From: an uncultured virus (IMG/VR IMGVR_UViG_3300018080_000161)
Lineage: Duplodnaviria > Heunggongvirae > Uroviricota > Caudoviricetes
Reading direction: 5' to 3' (one strand)
Virus record (IMG/VR): IMGVR_UViG_3300018080_000161
DNA: 64,000 nt
The position numbers and the translations under genes were made by a program. Shown piece by piece: positions 61,151-64,000 of this stretch. Each line of letters starts with the position of its first letter. The stretch's first letter is position 1. Under the pieces are notes generated by a model that saw only the letters and a program-made list of their open reading frames with translations, was not told where the DNA came from and searched no databases.

Positions 61151-62353
61151 ATGTTGCAGCTCATCAACAATACGCTTTTGTTTGCCTTCCCGAACGTCCA
61201 TCCGGACTGCAAGGTCGGCGTCGAGTTCATCCGCACCTTCCGCATCCCAGACGACGGCAAGACGTACCCGCTGCCGCCGAACTGCGGACGGTTCCCCCTG
61301 AAGCTGGTCGACGAGTACCAGGGGCGCGTGCATCCGGACTGGGTGAAGCGCGGGGGCATCTTCCTGCCGATGTACCAGGCCGAGGCGCTCTGGATCAACT
61401 TCAAGCCGCACCGCGTGACCCGGCGCCGGGCCGAGTACCCGTTCGCTCTCAAGATCAGCGCGGGCAAGCGCAGCGCGGTCACGGGCAAGAAGTGGGCAGC
61501 CGTCCTGAAGGAAGGGGACTACGTCATCGTCCCGAGCCAGCCCTGGCTCGACGGCTTCGTCGTGAGCGAAGGCAAGATCAAGCAGTTCATCGCGGCCCCG
61601 TTGGGCAGCGGGGTGACGGTCGAAGGCCAGCTCACGGGCGAGGAGAAGTTCGGCGGCATCCAGATCGAAGTGTTCCCGATGAAGTACGAGGAATTCGACA
61701 AGCGCTTCCCGAAGATCAAGGAACGCAAGGGCATCCTGCGCTCCCGCTCCCGGTCGCTGGGAGAAGATGACGGGTTCGTAGCTACGATGGACTGCGCGAT
61801 ACCCGCTAGCGCAGACGACGGCGCGCAGACGATGGACTGGATGGGTGCCGAACAGGAGACGCAGACCAAGGGTGGACTCATCTGCAACTGCGCGATACCC
61901 GAGCGTGCTGCCGGCCCTGCGGCTGCCGGGGGCGTCATCAAGCCCTGCGGCATCTCCAAGGGCATGGGCATGGCAGCGGGCGGCTCAATGCGACAAGAGG
62001 TCTACGACGACAAGTTCGGCTTCGACGTCTGGGACCGTGAGGCGGCGCCGGCCAGCGAGCGGCGCGTGTTCGTGCACCTCGCCAACTCGCAGCTCTGGCG
62101 GGCCATCACCGACGAGTCGCCTCCCTCGACTCCGGTCACGGCCGAGCAGGCGCAGCGCTACGGCTACCCGTGGTTCGACTTCTACAACGACGACTACGAC
62201 GTGAGCCTGATCGGTGCGTCGAAGAAGATGAAGAAGGTCAAGAGCATGGGCGAGCTCAAGCCCGAGATGTTGCCCGAGAACCAGAGCGTGAAGGTCCCCA
62301 AGTGCAAGGTGGTGAAGGTCAACCCAGGGCAGGTCCGAAACGGCTCTTGGTAA
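61151..62353 (+). CDS. conserved hypothetical protein
   Basis: RT.RIPDDG..YPLPP..G.FPL, LPMYQ.EALWI.F, QPWLDG, MG.AAGG.M.Q.VY.D, YPWFD.Y. Confidence 0.75.
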   Translation: MLQLINNTLLFAFPNVHPDCKVGVEFIRTFRIPDDGKTYPLPPNCGRFPLKLVDEYQGRVHPDWVKRGGIFLPMYQAEALWINFKPHRVTRRRAEYPFALKISAGKRSAVTGKKWAAVLKEGDYVIVPSQPWLDGFVVSEGKIKQFIAAPLGSGVTVEGQLTGEEKFGGIQIEVFPMKYEEFDKRFPKIKERKGILRSRSRSLGEDDGFVATMDCAIPASADDGAQTMDWMGAEQETQTKGGLICNCAIPERAAGPAAAGGVIKPCGISKGMGMAAGGSMRQEVYDDKFGFDVWDREAAPASERRVFVHLANSQLWRAITDESPPSTPVTAEQAQRYGYPWFDFYNDDYDVSLIGASKKMKKVKSMGELKPEMLPENQSVKVPKCKVVKVNPGQVRNGSW

Positions 62354-62381
62354 GCCCGCACGGCTGCGGTAGACTCACCGC

Positions 62382-62636
62382 ATGCCTTCTCCTCTAGAGC
62401 TCGCTCGCCAGCACTACCGCGATCAGGCCGAGGCCCGGCCCCGCATCAACCGACAAGATCCGCCTGACGGCATGGACATCTTCGATGCCGGCTTGGAAGG
62501 CGCCGCGAAGGAGCTCGCACAGATCAAGAAGCTCCGCTCCCAGAAGCCTCCCAGGTGGAACGACATCCGGAGGTCAGTCGCGGAGCTCGAGAACTGGGCG
62601 AACCAGATGGCCGAGGGAGCCGCACAGGAGAAATGA
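62382..62636 (+). CDS. hypothetical protein, leaderless
   Basis: TAGACT 6 nt before ATG. Confidence 0.6.
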   Translation: MPSPLELARQHYRDQAEARPRINRQDPPDGMDIFDAGLEGAAKELAQIKKLRSQKPPRWNDIRRSVAELENWANQMAEGAAQEK

Positions 62637-63163
62637 CCATGAGCCTTCAGAACCTGATCGACGAGAGCCGCGCGCTGCTCGAGGACGAGTGGCGCGACGC
62701 GGCCGAGGTTGCCAAGCAGGCGGCTGACAAGTACTTCGCGGCCCTCCGCTCTCCCTACAAGAAGACGCGAGGCGGCGACGGGTGGACGAGCGACGTGCAG
62801 GTCGAGGTCCCCTACAAGGAAGGCGGGGGCTCCTCGCACCGGTCGGTCTGGGTGCAGTTCCGGGGCCAGCATTTCCCCAAGGGACCGCAAGCAGGCTACA
62901 ACTTCTCGATCCAACTCACGGGCCCGAGCGGCGTCCACAACTGGCCGGACGAGTTCTTCCAGATCTACGGCCGCGCCGAAGAGGCCCTCGGCAAGTGGGG
63001 CAACAGCAACCTGCGTCAGTTCGGCAAGGTCACGTGGAATCCTGACGACGGCCAGGGCATGGCGGCCGTGTGGGTCATGATCGACGACAAGAAGGTGGAG
63101 CTCGCCTTCAAGAAGATTCCCGAGCTCGCGAAGAAGCTGGCCTCCTCGCTGAACTTCAAGTAG
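62633..63163 (+). CDS. hypothetical protein
   Basis: AGGAG SD; shared N-terminal helix. Confidence 0.7.
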   Translation: MTMSLQNLIDESRALLEDEWRDAAEVAKQAADKYFAALRSPYKKTRGGDGWTSDVQVEVPYKEGGGSSHRSVWVQFRGQHFPKGPQAGYNFSIQLTGPSGVHNWPDEFFQIYGRAEEALGKWGNSNLRQFGKVTWNPDDGQGMAAVWVMIDDKKVELAFKKIPELAKKLASSLNFK

Positions 63164-63190
63164 CGTCGTCTCGCTGTTCGCAGCAGCACT

Positions 63191-63235
63191 GGGATCGGAT
63201 GGTGGCCCCCTACCATTCCGGTCCCTTTGCTTTTC
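63191..63235 (+). terminator. intrinsic terminator
   Basis: GGGATCGGATGGTGG-CCC-CTACCATTCCGGTCCC hairpin plus TTTGCTTTT. Confidence 0.7.
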
Positions 63236-63266
63236 ACCTCCCTTGAGATCGGTGTAGACTCCAACC

Positions 63267-63554
63267 ATGGAACTCCACGAGAAGGTGCAAGCGTGCCGTG
63301 CGATCCTCGAGGGCAAGAGCTGGCCCGCGAAGAACGTCAACTACAACATCCACAACAAGGCCCTGCGCAACGGGATGGTCATCCATCTCAAGAAGCTGGG
63401 AGCTGGTACGGCGGCGCACTACCTCGACCGCAGACAGTTCCGCAAGGCAGTCGCCGAGCTCGAGAACTTCATCGACCTGGTCGAGAAGGGTCAGATCCAA
63501 AGCGACCTGGGCGAACTGTCGAAGCTGCTCAAGGCAGTCCGTAGCGCGGTCTAG
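63267..63554 (+). CDS. hypothetical protein, leaderless
   Basis: TAGACT 6 nt before ATG; shared N-terminal helix. Confidence 0.65.
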   Translation: MELHEKVQACRAILEGKSWPAKNVNYNIHNKALRNGMVIHLKKLGAGTAAHYLDRRQFRKAVAELENFIDLVEKGQIQSDLGELSKLLKAVRSAV

Positions 63555-63562
63555 GAGGCATC

Positions 63563-63916
63563 ATGGCGCGTCTTGCAAGACTCATCTCGGAGATGACTGC
63601 GGCCGAGGACATCAACGCTTTCAACACGAAGCTCGCCCGGCTGTTCCAGAAGCTGAAGAAGGACGCGGCTGCCAAGAGCATCGCACAGAACTACAAGGGT
63701 ACCGGCTCGCAGAAGTTCCGGCGCCAGCTCTGGATCCGGTTCAAGAGCGGCGCGGTCATCGACGTCTGGCTCGAGAACAACCTCAAGCTGGGCGGGGTCG
63801 TGATGAACGGGATCGGTCACCCCATCTCGACACGGTTGGTCAAGTACGACGACAAGACCCCCGAGCAGGTCTACGCCGAAGCGAGCAGGATTCTCAACGC
63901 TTGGGCCAACGGCTGA
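63563..63916 (+). CDS. hypothetical protein
   Basis: AGGAGG SD; shared N-terminal helix. Confidence 0.7.
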   Translation: MARLARLISEMTAAEDINAFNTKLARLFQKLKKDAAAKSIAQNYKGTGSQKFRRQLWIRFKSGAVIDVWLENNLKLGGVVMNGIGHPISTRLVKYDDKTPEQVYAEASRILNAWANG

Positions 63917-63917
63917 C

Positions 63918-63945
63918 TTGACAACGCCAAAGCACGTGATATGTT
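63918..63945 (+). promoter_or_regulatory. sigma70-type promoter, leaderless
   Basis: TTGACA-16-TATGTT with extended TG; near copy of 58067 promoter; GTG 6 nt downstream opens a frame to the window end. Confidence 0.75.
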
Positions 63946-64000
63946 GGTCACGTGGCAGGGCTATTATCATTCCAAGACAAGCAGGTTCCCGAACGCTCCG

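Overview
GC-rich segment of a large (jumbo-type) tailed phage genome, almost entirely + strand. There are no host housekeeping or rRNA genes. 1-10.3 kb: baseplate, tail-collar, tail-fibre and tube-initiator genes. 10.3-18.2 kb: accessory genes (zeta-toxin-like kinase, GroES-like co-chaperonin, N6/N4 methyltransferase, 5'-deoxyribonucleotidase, CHAP amidase). 18.4-33.5 kb: an array of 41 tRNA genes covering all 20 amino acids, interleaved with small ORFs. The array also holds a Ro60/TROVE gene, five Y RNA-like ncRNAs sharing one co-varying terminal stem, a 2H phosphoesterase, an HNH nuclease, a C5 methyltransferase with a nested alternate-frame ORF, and a tubulin/FtsZ-family GTPase. 33.6-41.6 kb: metallophosphoesterase, lysis cassette, PAPS-reductase-family gene. 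41.7-54.8 kb: fibre-like gene followed by a tandem array of eight paralogues of one ~320-aa domain, closed by an antisense lipoprotein. 55-64 kb: small genes, Dam-like methyltransferase, XRE HTH. Window-wide patterns: a conserved sigma70-type promoter often with the start codon 6-7 nt after the -10 box (leaderless), ORFs starting at tRNA CCA ends or stopping in tRNA U8-A9-G10, and a shared N-terminal helix on many unrelated proteins. All calls come from reading motifs by eye; no database searches were run.
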